From contig NC_045696.1 of NCBI RefSeq assembly GCF_009834535.1, positions 27,034,001 through 27,098,000 on the forward strand: a stretch of 64,000 nt of DNA, given 5' to 3'. The notes beneath the pieces are model-generated. The model was not told where the DNA came from and did not search any database. It saw nothing but the letters and a program-made list of their open reading frames with translations. Source of the stretch: Camelus ferus. Taxonomy: Eukaryota. The position numbers and the translations under genes were made by a program. Every line of letters begins with the position of its first letter. The first letter of the stretch is position 1. Below, in pieces: positions 26,154 through 38,599 of this stretch.

Positions 26154-26250
26154 CAACCAGAGGAGTGCTGAAAATCACCCAACACCAACACCCAAGCTGC
26201 CCTCCCAAACTTGCTAAAATGTTCTTAAGGATTGATTCTATTTTATATTT
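26154..26250 (-). pseudogene. Exon remnant (97 nt, 2->0): NIK*NQSLRTF*QVWEGSLGVGVG*FSALLWL
   Basis: attttcacag / gtaagt; C2-like 'L.l.VW' strand. Confidence 0.65.
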
Positions 26251-26880
26251 CTGTGAAAATCATCAGGAAAATAACAAAAATTTGGAAAATAAATTTCCAA
26301 CTCATAAAGAATAAGAAATATTCCTTTTAAAAACTTGGCTAATTCAGGAAATTACATCAGTAGAGATAATCACTTTTAACATATATTTTCTCCCAAAACA
26401 TATTTATAAGTTTGATATTGTTATGTATATAAAATTGTGCATTTATATCCTGATTTTTTTCACCTAACATACTTATGAAATTTCTTACATCCTTCAAAAC
26501 GTGTAATCTGTAATATCTATATAATTCAAGGTGTCCACAATATTGGGAAACAGAGAATAAACTTAAACAATATGTAAATTATGTATTTAAATAACGCTCA
26601 ACATGTTTTCAAGTGATGTGCCTTTAAATTTACAGCAATGGGTTCAATATTTAATCTGAAAACAGTACAATAAATATAAAAAAGGCTGTCAAAATTGCCT
26701 AGAAATACAGAGGTAAGAAAAAGGTGTATTTATTGCACTTTTATCAGATTAACAATTACATCCAGTGCTTTAAACTAAGAGAGGCTTCATCTGAAAAGTG
26801 TCTGGTGGCTACAGAAGAATTACTAGAGTATATTATTTAAAGATATAGCCAGGAAAGATTTAAAAATAAGTTTATCTTAC

Positions 26881-26918
26881 ATTTCCCAGAAGTAGCTTCT
26901 TTAGTTAAAATTATACAT
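26881..26918 (-). pseudogene. Exon remnant (38 nt, 0->2): MYNFN*RSYFWE
   Basis: aaatgcag / gtaaga. Confidence 0.55.
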
Positions 26919-27013
26919 CTGCATTTGAATATCAGCTTTTGGTGTCTCTTTTTAGTGATAAAACACATGATCTGCCATTTTATTTTTACAGGGAAAAGCA
27001 AAGATTGACAAAC

Positions 27014-27127
27014 TTCCACTACACCAATACTGGCTCTCATACATTTCTCTGAAATCTTTGTCTGGAAATCAGCTCTACCAAAATGTAAAGTCACATATAA
27101 ACCACATTCTTGGAGCTCTCATGGATC
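27014..27127 (-). pseudogene. Exon remnant (114 nt, 0->0): DP*ELQECGLYVTLHFGRADFQTKISEKCMRASIGVVE
   Basis: tatgctag / gtttgt; C2 'YV.l..G...f.TK' pattern. Confidence 0.6.
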
Positions 27128-27254
27128 CTAGCATACTAGAATATTTTAGCTGTCATTTTTTTTTTTTTTTTTTTTTTTTTTTAGCCTCTTGTTAATACTC
27201 TTAACTGTAGAAAAGGCAGGCAGGTACAATGACAAGTAAAAAAAAATTTACCAT

Positions 27255-27304
27255 CAGATCATCAAACAAACACTGAAGCCAGATCATCAAACAAACACTG
27301 AAGC
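27255..27304. repeat. Perfect 25-bp tandem duplication
   Basis: cagatcatcaaacaaacactgaagc x2. Confidence 0.9.
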
Positions 27305-27481
27305 CAGAGGGAGCACAGAAGAGTTGTTTATTTTGGTTTTTAAGTCCCTCATCAGATCATAACAAGGCATCTACTTTCACTAGCATAGTAAGAGTCCCAC
27401 ATTTGCTTTTTTATAAATACCCTCTTCTGTTAGCTTGGTTAAACACAGACCAGGGCCCTCACCACAAGAATGAGAAATTGC

Positions 27482-27503
27482 GGGGGGGGGGGGGGGGGGG
27501 GGG
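27482..27503. repeat. Poly-G run
   Basis: Direct inspection. Confidence 0.9.
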
Positions 27504-27817
27504 ACTCCTACCATGCTAAATTTCATTCAAAAAATGATGCTAGCCATGTATCAGAATCTCTGCCCAGTCATGAGGATATGAAATGAAGTTAATTAAGACA
27601 CAGTCTGCCCTCAAAACAATTCACAGTCTGATGTGGAATATCGGTAAGTAGGTCTCTGATTAGAGCATCGTGATAACAAATGAACAAGTAAGAGTGGATG
27701 AGCCTAAATCAGACTGTGAGCTTAAAAACAAATTCCCGGAAATGTCACTTTGAAAGCAGTCAGTAATTAGGAAGAAAATCCGTATGTAGCCTGTGTACGT
27801 ATGTGTATATGTTTGTT

Positions 27818-27822
<5 letters not shown>

Positions 27823-27862
<40 letters not shown>
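27823..27862. repeat. (GT)n microsatellite
   Basis: Direct inspection. Confidence 0.95.
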
Positions 27863-27864
<2 letters not shown>

Positions 27865-28499
27865 TTTGTATTGCATAGGGATAAATGACACAGAACATAA
27901 CCCAAAGGGCTCACTCTTTCTAAGTAAATGAAATGTGAGGGGAGGAGCAGAAGAGAAAGCAGTTAGACAGACATCAGAAGAAAAAAGAACTTAAAACACT
28001 TGGTTAAGATATTTATCTTTGCCCTGAAAGCTCTAGGGGAAAATGTAGCAATTTTTAATGAAGGAGCATCATATGATCAAATTTACATTTTAGCTGCATT
28101 ACGGAAGATGAAATAGACAAGGGGAGCTCTACTGGAAGCTGAGGACCATTCAGAAGAACTGCATTCTACTCAGATTTCAAGTGTGGCAGTTGAGAACAAG
28201 GCTGGTTAAAAGAGGGATTTAGATGCTGACTCTTCAGTCCTTGGTGAATGAGGTAGTCTGGTGGGGACAGTGAAAGAAAGAGGGTCCATAATGATTGCAT
28301 GTGGCTAGCCTGGACTCTCTGGGAAGTTAAAATAGAGGATACAGGAGGGACTATAGGTTTGAGGGGAAATACGACTTGGACATAATACTAAGTTTGAATT
28401 ACTTACAAAACCTCTACATGGAGATGTTCTTCAGACAAATCTATGAGTATGCAGCACTGATCTGAGATCCATAAGAGTGTTAACAGTGGTTAAAGACAT

Positions 28500-29390
28500 G
28501 AGAGGTTATCTGATAAGGGATTACTATCAAAAATATATAAGGAACACATACAGGTCTATAATACACACACAAAAAAACAAACCACCCAACTATGGGCAGA
28601 GGATCTGAATAGGTATTTTTCCAAAGAAGACATACAGGTGGCCAACAGGCATACGAAAAGATGCTCACTAATTATCAGGGAAATTCAAATCAAAACCACA
28701 ATGAGATATCACCTCACACCTGCCAGAATGGCTATTATCAAAAGAATAAGAAATAAAAAGTGTTGGTGAGGATGTGGAGAAATAGGAACCCTCCTGCAAT
28801 ATTTGTAGGAATGTAAATTGGTGCAGCCACTATGGAAAACAGTATAGTGATTCCTCAAAAAATTAAAAACAGAACTACCATATAATCCAGCAGTTCCAAT
28901 TCTGGGTATTTATCCAAAGAAAACAAAAACACTAATTCAAAAAGGTTTGTGAACCCCTATGTTCACTGCAGCATGAATTATAATAGCCAAGATATGGAAA
29001 CCAAATAGCCAAATGTCCATCAGTGATGAATGGATAAAGATGTGGTGTACATATACAATGGAATACTACTCAGCCATAAAAAAGAATGAAATCTTGCCAT
29101 TTGCAAAAGCATGGACAGACCTTGAGGGTTTTATGCTAAATGAAATAAATCAGAAAGAGAAGACAAATACAGTATAATTTCACTCATATGTGGGATCTGA
29201 AAAAACAAAACAAACAAATAAAGCAAAACAAAAGTCATGGATCCAGAGACACAGATTGATGGTTGCCAGAGAGGAGGAGGGTTGGGGGTAGTGGGCAAAA
29301 TCGTCACCCATTTTGAAAAAGAGGTACAATCTCCCAGATGGAAAATAAGTAAGTCATGGGGATGTCAAAAAAAAAAAAAAAAAAAAAGAC
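28500..29390 (+). mobile_element. L1MA-type ORF2 end + 3'UTR inserted into an L2 relic (~27560-29780)
   Basis: atcaaaaccacaatgagatatcacctcacacc, tggtgcagccactatggaaaacag, A-tail at 29367-29388. Confidence 0.9.
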
Positions 29391-29809
29391 ATGAAGGGAA
29401 ATGCAATATAAGGAGGGAAAAATCAAAAAGATTGCAATAAGGGAACATTAATAAAGTATGGATGAAGAAAAAGATCTTGTGAAAGACACTGTTGCAGAAG
29501 TAGAAAGAGAAGAAAAGAAGTCAAGGAAGTCAACCAGAAAAGTAGAATTTTCAACTAAAAAACAAATTTCTTTAGATTCAATATTAAAAAGGTCATTGGT
29601 CCTTCGGATAAAACTGTTTTTGTAATTAATGACATTTAAAAAGAAATCAATAATCTAGGAAAGAGAGATGATATTCGATGGAGAAAGGTGCCAAAGTAGG
29701 CAAAGTAGGGGATCAAATAAAAGCCCAGGTGGAGGTATTGCTTTGAGTTTAGGAACACTGTTTCCACTGATATGAGTGGAAGGAGGAAGAGGTGCCCCTC
29801 CTCATTTAC

Positions 29810-29857
29810 CGCAAATCTGCAAATCTCTCTAGGCAACAGTGCAGAGAGAGTGAAGAG
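29810..29857 (-). pseudogene. Exon remnant (48 nt, 0->0): [16 protein letters not shown]
   Basis: tttccttttgcag / gtaaat. Confidence 0.7.
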
Positions 29858-29979
29858 CTGCAAAAGGAAATGTGTGAGCTGCTTGGTTACTGACGTTTAT
29901 GCCAGATGTTTATTTAACCCTCTTTCTCATGAGCCACCTTCTACATACTGAATATCAGAAAGTTGGGGAGACAGGTTAC

Positions 29980-30037
29980 CACTTGCTTTTACTCAGGATG
30001 CATATTTATTTTACAGTAAGGCTGAACTGAAACCACT
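29980..30037 (-). pseudogene. Exon remnant (58 nt, 2->0): [18 protein letters not shown]
   Basis: tcttatttcag / gtaacc. Confidence 0.65.
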
Positions 30038-30425
30038 CTGAAATAAGACAAAGTAGGCAATTGAGTAGGAATATTTAATGAATTAGTGGTATCTTCACAC
30101 TCTGTCACAGATTGCAATGATATACTCCTTATCAAAATTCTCTTCAGGACTATCTTTGAAACAGAGAAATCCCAAGGCACTTGATTTGTGAAAACAGAGA
30201 AATCCCAAGGCACTTTATTTGTGAAAATAAAGTCTCAAAAGGAGAAGCTGAAAAAAAAAAAAAAAAGGAGAAGCTGAACAATGTGTATATTGGTGGTAGG
30301 AGGGGGAGAGGGACAATTCCATCATTCTGCCCTGGTATTAGTGGGGGGGGGGGGGAGGCTGATTACATTGAGCTACCCTCCCTTTCAGGGTCATTATTCC
30401 TCCATCAACAACCTGATTCTGGTAC

Positions 30426-30445
30426 CTTGATCCTTGTTTACTCAG
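30426..30445 (-). pseudogene. Micro-exon remnant (20 nt, 0->2): LSKQGSR
   Basis: tctctccctacag / gtacca; phase fits. Confidence 0.45.
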
Positions 30446-31560
30446 CTGTAGGGAGAGATTTCTCTTGAGTCAGAACCAGTTCTTGCATAGAAAGAGACAA
30501 CTGTCCTTTTCTAAACACACTGTCCCCCAAAACAGCTCTGTCAGTAGAATATCAAATACCTCTTTGCAGAGAAGCAAGGCCCACAAGCTCCTGGTTAGGT
30601 TGAGACACTGGTGCTTAAGTCAGATGACTGATAGAAGTGTTACTGGCTCAATGGCTGAAGGGCAAAGAGTACAATGAGCAGTCCAAGGAGTAGAATCATG
30701 GAGAAAAGCAACACACAGAACCCGGACAATCATCCTGAGGGAACAATCTGAAGAGGCTATAGAGAAGCCTAGGGAAAGGCAACGTGACGCAAACCAGGGA
30801 AGCCAGAGAAACGTCCTGATTAGAAGTGGCAGCTAGAGAGGGTGTTCTTTATAGGGAGCAGGAAGCCTATAAAACCACTGATGGTTCCAGAGTAAACACC
30901 TGGGATGAAGTGGAAATTTACTCATTATTCAGTTTTCTCTCCATGGCTGGGTGCTTGGCATCATATGTAGGAAATACACAGATGAGTATCTCTTTCAGTT
31001 TTCATCTTGATGTGAATTGTCATGCAGACAGGACTGAAATGTGAGAATAAAACATTTTAATCAGTAGTTTATTCTTGATATTAAAGGAACTCTACTAGCA
31101 AAATTATTTGTATGATTTCATCCAGATGCTAGAATTGTCATGGATAGTAGGAAGAAGCAATCAACCTAGTTCATGAGAACCTTAAATGCTTCTTCTGCAC
31201 CACTACAGGAATAACTTTCAAAAATTAATTCATAAGCCTGTACTTTAAAAAATAGGACATGCCATGGATATATTTGAATGTGGAAGCAAATGCTGTCAGG
31301 CAAAGTCTACACAAAGCCACAAAGCTCAAAAGTATGTATTTTTTGGGAAAAAAAATTCCCAATTTGGGTCACACAGGATGGGCTCCATACAGGTTAGCTT
31401 TCTTAATGTACTTTTAGCCTTGGAAACAATCATAGGGAGAAAACAGACATTTTATGAAGGATCCCAGTTCCTAAACACTCCCTTGTTCTTGATCTAAAAT
31501 GCAGGGTAATGAATCTCTTGGGAAAGTAACTGTACACAAAGTATTTTGTCAAGAACTCAC

Positions 31561-31632
31561 AATGGTCTGGCTGTTGCTCCTCTTGTCATGTCTTGTCACA
31601 CTATGTCTTAACTCATCTTTCAGGAAGGGAGT
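31561..31632 (-). pseudogene. Exon remnant (72 nt, 0->0; acceptor mutated to tgg): TPFLKDELRHSVTRHDKRSNSQTI
   Basis: ctctttctgg / gtgagt; open. Confidence 0.55.
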
Positions 31633-31863
31633 CCAGAAAGAGCAACCCACAGAAACTCTTTGTTCATTTTACTTGCTCAGGCTTTTTTATGAGTATGTAC
31701 ACACACACATAAACAGACACACACACACAGGTGCTCTGAACCCCAAAGGAAACTACAGCTTGAGTGCAGCTATTCATTTCTATTAAGAGTACAGTCAAAA
31801 TTTATCCAAGCATTTCAGACATCCTTCCAATTAAGATTTTGTATACTTCTCTCTGTAATGTAC

Positions 31864-32367
31864 TTGTTTCTTTCCTGACCTCTCTAGAGTATTTTAAAAT
31901 GAAGGTTATTGTGATTATGGTGTGAAATAGTAACTTTCTTCTATTTCAGCCTTATTTATCCTACTCAGAACCATTTCTAGGCTATCGTCCAAAAATAGCC
32001 TCTAACCACCTAAGCTGTTCAATGAAGTGTATCAGAAAGCAATCCTTGCAATAGCTCACGAAATATGTTCTTCCTTCATTTGAGCATAGTTTCATGCCAA
32101 TCAACAACAAAGCAATTAAAATCCTGCCAGGATCAAAGAACATGTCTTGCTACAGCTTTTGCCAATCTATAAAAACATTTCCCCATCTCCTTTTGTTAAG
32201 GCCCTGGCGACCTACACTGCAGCAATATCCAAGAATCTACTTATGCTCTTTATAGTTCTTAATTTGTTTCCAAATATATGTCAACAAATTTCTTGCTGCA
32301 AAGTACATGCTGTCAGTTTCCAGTTTTTTCCACATTATATTTCTCTATTTTATATTTCCCCATCTTT
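31864..32367 (-). pseudogene. Large exon remnant: KMGKYKIEKYNVEKTGN*QHVLCSKKFVDIYLETN...WILLQCRSPGP*QKEMGKCFYRLAKAVARHVL*SWQDFNCFVVDWHETMLK*RKNIFRELLQGLLSDT...VVR/LFLDDSLEMVLSRINKAEIEESYYF
   Basis: gctttacag acceptor, phase 2 start; many stops; colinear resemblance to G-alpha alphaF-beta5. Confidence 0.55.
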
Positions 32368-32600
32368 CTGTAAAGCACCTGCCTTAACTACTTTGATATT
32401 CTGCCTTTCAGCTTGGATGTACATACATTTGACCTTAATATTTTCATTGAGGCTATGCTGCTTGAAGATTTGTCATGTACTCCTATCTATTGTATATAAC
32501 AATTTTCTTTATGTGTTTTCCCTCTGCTAATAAGATAATCCTTTCACGGATTTTTGTGGCGCAATCCATTGAATCTGGGTACACTCTGATAATCAACTAC

Positions 32601-32687
32601 CTTGAGTTAATCAGATAATACATTGCTGTGGGAGGTGGACAGTCCCTTTCTGGATTATTCTCTCTTCTCAATAATCGAAAGGACCAG
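32601..32687 (-). pseudogene. Exon remnant (87 nt, 2->2): WSFRLLRRENNPERDCPPPTAMYYLINS
   Basis: ttgcttag / gtagtt; open; TAMYYLINSRKM resembles SAAYYLNDLDRI. Confidence 0.6.
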
Positions 32688-33174
32688 CTAAGCAATTTTC
32701 CACACTCTCTCCTAAGCTCTTTGCTCCCCGCTGAGTGCAACTGAGATGCAACTCACACCATTTTACTCAAGAATTTTGAAGTTTTGGGGAGGGTTCTGAG
32801 CATAGCTGTGTGACAAGAATGTCAAGAAGCAGACCAAATAATTTCTCTGAATCCACAACTGTCTATGAATGCAAAGAGACTTGTAGAATTGTTGCAATTA
32901 AAATGAATAATCCAAGCCAAAAGTGTGTCAGCTGAAAAATCTAGGTAATTGAGGCAAACGTATGTTTCAGTTTAAATTATATGAATAATTGCTTACATTT
33001 AACACCTTGTCTACAGTTAAATTCTGTATCACTAGGAATGTTTCATTCTAACAATTTCTAGGGCCTGGTAAACTATTTTAAAGACTTTTGCAACCTAGGC
33101 ATTAGTCCAAGCCCACCACTCTAGCATTGCTTAAGACTTGTAATGTGTTTCTAGTCACTGCTTCCCAAATTTAC

Positions 33175-33348
33175 TCAGTCTATTTGTCTAAAATATAGTC
33201 TTGCTCATTTATAGAGTTAATTAAATATGACACCACAAAATGTGCTTAATCCTTCAACTCTTTCATCAAATGAGCCGCAAGATTATTTAGCTTTAAGTAA
33301 AAATGAACTTCTTTAAGGTTTAAAAATTTTTTGAAGATGACATATCTC
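33175..33348 (-). pseudogene. Exon remnant (174 nt, 2->2): RYVIFKKFLNLKEVHFYLKLNNLAAHLMKELKD*AHFVVSYLINSINEQDYILDK*T
   Basis: aaagcag / gtaaat; two stops in 57 codons. Confidence 0.55.
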
Positions 33349-33704
33349 CTGCTTTCAATTTAATTTTAATTCTGCAAGTCTGATACACTATGTTTTCTGG
33401 CATAATGATACTTATTTTCATGTACGTAGATAAAACTCAGCTTTAAGTCTTTCTTCCTCCACCTCCTCATCTACCCAAGCCTGATTTTCATCCTGTTGTT
33501 CTGCTTTTCCCTTGGAATTGCAGAGAGGGAGAAAATTTGGTCCAGCTGGACCAGCAGTTTGAAACCAGGGTTAGCAGTGGCCCACGGAGAGGTGTTTAGA
33601 TGTTACGCGTGTGTGTGGTGAGGGAAACTCGACCTTTGGGGGTCGAACTAACTGGGATGACTGGCATTTATTGGACAGGATCAGGCATACTAAAAATCCC
33701 TTAT

Positions 33705-33998
33705 CTCTTAATTATTAGGGTATTTTTGTTTCTTTGAGAACATTTAAACAACTGCAAGTTGAAGTATGGGAGACTCAGGCTCATGGTTAATCTCCTCACT
33801 TTTCTCCACAGACATAGTCTCACTTATGGAAGTGCCAAGCCTTGAAAGTTTATTCTCCTCCACTTGTACCTCAAACATGTTCTTCTTAGAAGGTCAATAC
33901 TTTAAAAATTATATTTCTCCAGAGAAGTTCCTTTGTCAAATCCATCCTGAACTTGTGACACTAGAAGTTCTCCACAGCTGCTGTCATTTCTTTAGAGG
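33705..33998 (-). pseudogene. Exon remnant (3' end approximate): SKEMTAAVENF*CHKFRMDLTKELLWRNIIFKVLTF/KKNMFEVQVEENKLSRLG...
   Basis: ctacttttag acceptor; TKELLWRNIIF resembles Gq TKLVYQNIF. Confidence 0.5.
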
Positions 33999-34128
33999 CT
34001 AAAAGTAGTTAGTGCCATGTCATCAATGACCCTTTCATGTCCATTGGTTTTTCTGAAAACATCGAACTGCCTCAATAAATAGGGGCCAGAGGTGACAGTA
34101 CTCATATCATTTTTAGAAAAAATCAGAC

Positions 34129-34230
34129 CTCCTTTTAGAAAGCAACTATATTATCTTCAGTATACTACATCCTTCTTGTTAAAAATTTCATGGTTGTATT
34201 ATCTTATTCTGCTATCAAGTCTTTTAAATT
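34129..34230 (-). pseudogene. Exon remnant (102 nt; frame ambiguous)
   Basis: tcaatacag / gtctga. Confidence 0.45.
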
Positions 34231-34328
34231 CTGTATTGAGATAAACCGAAAAAAATATTTTTTTCTCTGAAAAAAGGAAAACAAACATGGCAATCCACTT
34301 TTTTGTGCTTCATGAACTTAAGACTTAC

Positions 34329-34361
34329 CTTGAGTTTTTAATTTGTAGCAATAATATTATG
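34329..34361 (-). pseudogene. Exon remnant (33 nt, 0->0): [10 protein letters not shown]
   Basis: catactatag / gtaagt; resembles G-alpha alpha5 DVIIKNNLK. Confidence 0.6.
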
Positions 34362-35589
34362 CTATAGTATGAGATATTAACAAGTGAATTTTACCTTTAG
34401 AATGACTTCAGATTCCACTGATAGAACAAAATATATTTTATAAAAATTTCAATGAGTGACAGACAACACACTACAACACACATAGAATATCAGAAACATA
34501 AAATTTCTGTATATAATAATACCACAAATCTAACACAAAGCTTTGCTAATAATCAAAAAATATGTATTCTTAACATCTCTCTCATGGAGTTATTACATGC
34601 TAGGCACACATGATACCTGATCCGATGATGGAGTCTGTTACTCTCCCCTGCTCACTTTAAAGGTAGAGATCTTCAGGATGGTTGTACTGTGTCACTCTCA
34701 CATTCCAAAGCTATCAATGATTCTCCCTGTCTACAGGATGAACTTCAAGTTCAATGACGTTGTCATCAGGGCTGTCCAAAATCTGTATCTGCATTGTCCT
34801 CATGTTTGGGAAGTCCTGTCCCAGGCCCAGTCTACCAACTCCAGGGTAGAGTTTATAACCATGTCCCTCTCTGAGTTCCTGCACTATTTAATTAATTTCT
34901 TTATTCATCCAGCCAACCGAGATGTGGGACAAACACTAGATGCCTCATACAGTTCTCTAAGGAGGGACTAGATGAACTGAGACTTAAACAGCCAGGGGGC
35001 CCAGCTGTGTGGAGATATGGAGTAGAGTGAGGGCTATAATAAAACAAGGGAGCATCTAATTCAATGACCTTAAGGCTAAAAGGAATTAGTATATTTGAGA
35101 AACTGAAAGAAAGCAAGTATAGTAGAAGCATATTTCAGGGGGAAATTGTGGGAAAAGAGGTTAGAGAGCATGCCTTGTAGGCAATAGTAAGGAGTGGAGA
35201 GTAGTAACCCAGTATAAAAGCTGGGTTGAGAATAGACAAAACAACCCTTGTAGCAATATCAATCAAAGTCACGTTTGTATGTCCTTTGACTTAGCAATTT
35301 CTACCTCTAAGAAATACTAGCACAAGTGTAAATAAATTTTGAACAAGATTATTTATTGTAGTATATTAGTGAAAGATTAAAAGCAGCTGAAACATCTATT
35401 AATAGAGACCTAGTAAAGGTATCTCATACAGTGGAGTATTATGCAGCTGATAGAAAGAATACAAAACTCTCTAGTACTGTTATGTAAACAGTACTCGAAG
35501 ATAAAATGCTTGGTGAAAAAAAGCAAAAGGCAAATTGTATGACTGGTGCTATTTATATAAAAAGGAGAGAAAAAATAAAAATAGTATAT

Positions 35590-36190
35590 CTATTTTCTAT
35601 TACAGCCATACAATTACTACAGACTCAGCAGTGTAAAACAACATGAATTTATCATATCATGGTTTCTCTAAGGCTACTCTTGTTCAAGTCTTATAAAGAT
35701 AAAATTGATGTGTTGGCCATCCCAGTCTCTTCTCTGGAGATTCCTGGGGCAAATACACTTCAAACTCAAACAGGTTGTTGGCAGAAATCAGCTCCCTGTG
35801 CTTGTAGGGCTGAGGTCTCTGTTTCCTTACTAGCTTTTAGATGGAAGTTATATTCAACTCTAGAGGCCATACATATTCCCAGGTGTAGGAGCCAGTTTAT
35901 CTTCAAACCAGCAACGGCTGCTGTGTCCTTCCCACTTTTCAAATCTCTGATTTCCCCTCTGCCTCATTCTTCTGCTTCCTTTTCTCTGATTTACTTTTAT
36001 GCTTTTCTCTTCTGCTTTTAAAGGGCTTCATGACCTTGGGTCCAGGATAATTAAAGATAATCTTCCTATTTTAAGGTTGGCTGATTAGCAACCTTAATTA
36101 CATTTGCTAAGTCCTCACAGTAGTATCTAGATTAGCATTTGATTAAATAACCAGGGAATGGTGGGAAATCTTTAGAATTCTGCCTTCCAC
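35590..36190. mobile_element. MLT1-type MaLR LTR nested in an L1ME relic (~35200-36420)
   Basis: caggttgttggcagaaatcagctccctgtgcttgtagggctgaggtc, ctgattagcaaccttaattacatttgc. Confidence 0.75.
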
Positions 36191-36497
36191 AGATATATTT
36201 CATTTGTTTTTATATGCAAATGAAAACTCTGGAAAAATAGATGAGACTGTAATAATAGTGGCTACCTAGGTGTGTACATGTATAGTAGTGTGGAGAGGGG
36301 GATGATGGGCAAACGGGAGGCAGGGATAGAAAGTTTTGGGGTTTTTTAAAATATTCTTTTTGTCATGTTTGGACGATGTAACAATGTAAGTAATAAAATA
36401 TATTAGATTTTTAAAGCATCATAAAACTAGTCAAATCAAATCACATTTAACATATTTTATTTTGCAGAAATTAAATTTAAAGCATCAACACGAATAC

Positions 36498-36707
36498 CAA
36501 ACTGAGAGACATGACACAGTTCTTTCCAGTGTGGTATCCTTTTATGACAAATACTGTGTTATGGCATAAGTCTACTACTTTTCTATATTTAAACTTCTGC
36601 AAAACATTCTCACAACATGCTATAGTATCATTTGACTTTATATTTGGGTAAATAGATCTTTCACATATCAACACTGGCTCTGTTCTCTTCTCTTTAGCAT
36701 ATGTCAA
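36498..36707 (-). pseudogene. Exon remnant (210 nt, 0->0, fully open): LTYAKEKRTEPVLICERSIYPNIKSNDTIACCENVLQKFKYRKVVDLCHNTVFVIKGYHTGKNCVMSLSL
   Basis: gactttag / gtattc; coincides with listed ORF 36477..36707. Confidence 0.65.
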
Positions 36708-37084
36708 CTAAAGTCACCGTATTTGAGACATCCGTAATGATCAAATGTGTAGACAGAGAGACTGAAATAAGATGACTATATAAGACAGTTATAAAAATAA
36801 TTCAGCATATGCATACATCATCTTTTTTAGACTACAGCAAAATTGAACAAGGAAATTAAAATTTTATAGAGAAATCACACATCTCAAGGATAATTCCAAA
36901 CCCTGAGAAGTCAGTGAACTCCAATTTGTAGAACATTTACTTCAACGACATCAAATAGGAAATGCATTCATGTTAAAAGATTACCAAGAATGTCTAATGG
37001 CCAAATTCATGAACTTCTCTCCAGAACTGTCCTATCTTCTTGCATCATGTGATATGCTGACCATATCCTTCTTGAAACTTTCTA

Positions 37085-37535
37085 TTGGGAGATAGTCTTC
37101 CATGGGGCTCTTACTCATCTTGCTTATACATATCAAGAAGGTAAGGCCCTAACAACTATTCACGGGGCCATCCCTCAGGTTTCTGTTTGTAACCTGCAAT
37201 CTTAAGGAATGAAGTAATGTCTCCCCTTCGAACAAAAATACAGGCTTGCTTACAGGCTGCTATAAAGTGGCAAGTTCCCAAGGTTCAGTGTCTCTTGTAA
37301 AATAGTCTAATGTGTGTGCAGACATCCATCTAGGTCCACTTGTTTCACCCCTGTGGGAACCAAAGATCAGAGAACCAATGTGGCCATGCAACAATCTCGC
37401 TAGTGCTTCTGAAGTGATAATAAAGTCTCTGACCCAGGAGTCTTGTATCTTCTGTCAGCATCCAGACAATAATGGAAGGCTAACTTGTTTACTCGCAAGT
37501 AAGGTAAAAATGTCAGATTCTTCACAGTGCTTGTC
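37085..37535. mobile_element. Solo ERV1-type LTR
   Basis: TATA (tataaag), aataaagtctctgacccaggagtcttgtatcttctg U5-like end. Confidence 0.65.
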
Positions 37536-38599
37536 ATTCTCCCAGTGCATGTCTATGAAGATGCTCTTTCATTTTTATTTATCTCCCTGACTACTCCTTC
37601 CCTCCTTCTTTCATCTGATCTTCTTCCTCAACCATTTCAGAAATTTTAATACCATGCAGGGCTCTGTCCATGGTCCTGTTTTACTTTTATTTTATACTTT
37701 CGCCTTGACAACCCTCTCTTTAGCCATCATTTCTACTACCATGTTTCTACTCAGGTTACTTTCAAGAATATATTCATCAGAATCCATCTATTTCTTTAGT
37801 TCCAGACATCTTTGTCCAACTTCTTAATTGATATTTTCTATCTAATATGATATAGATTCATCAAACTTAATATCATTTAAAATAATTATCATTATTTTCT
37901 GTGATGTTCACTATGCTCTAAAGTGAAAATTATTGAAGTTAGATTCAACCTCTCTGAAAAATTGTATCAATCACACATGTAAGTGTCTTAAGCCTCATCT
38001 TTCTTTCAGGGTCATTCCTCTCTCACATGATGTATTACACTAATTCCTGATCAGTTCCCTTCACTTTATTCACTCCTCTATATACTTCATGCTCTGAACT
38101 GCTCCCAAGGTTATCTTTCTTAAACACATATTTGAATATATTACCATAAGTCTCCTCTACATTACCTACAGATTAAATAGCACTACCTTGAAATGGCAGC
38201 CCAGATGCGTCACCACATTCCCTATTATAATTTTCCCATTTCACTTCAGTCACTTTATTTTCATCATGCTGACAGGTGCACACACATCCACAAATGTGCA
38301 CACACTCATCCTGTACTATACACAACACCCCTACAAGACACAACAATAATCTCCCTATTCACACTATAGTCTCTTCTCTCGTCTGCCTTTGGGCATGCAG
38401 TTCCTTCTGCTGGAATTATAGCAGCCTCCTGAATAATTACTACTCCTCATTTAAATAATAACTGAAAGAGTATTTCCTTATTTCTGTAGCCTCACTACTT
38501 TCTTCCTCATCTATTATCTCATAATACCATATTCTCATTTTATTATAAGGGCAACCAAACCTCTTACTATACCTACAAATATTTCCACTATATCCCATG

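Noticed and set aside
26881..26918. CIILTKEATSGK as a P-loop
   Set aside because: It lacks the first Gly, and the flanking phases select the C2-like frame.
32147..32530. 127-aa plus-strand hydrophobic ORF
   Set aside because: Antisense shadow of the A-rich minus-strand exon; no independent gene signals.
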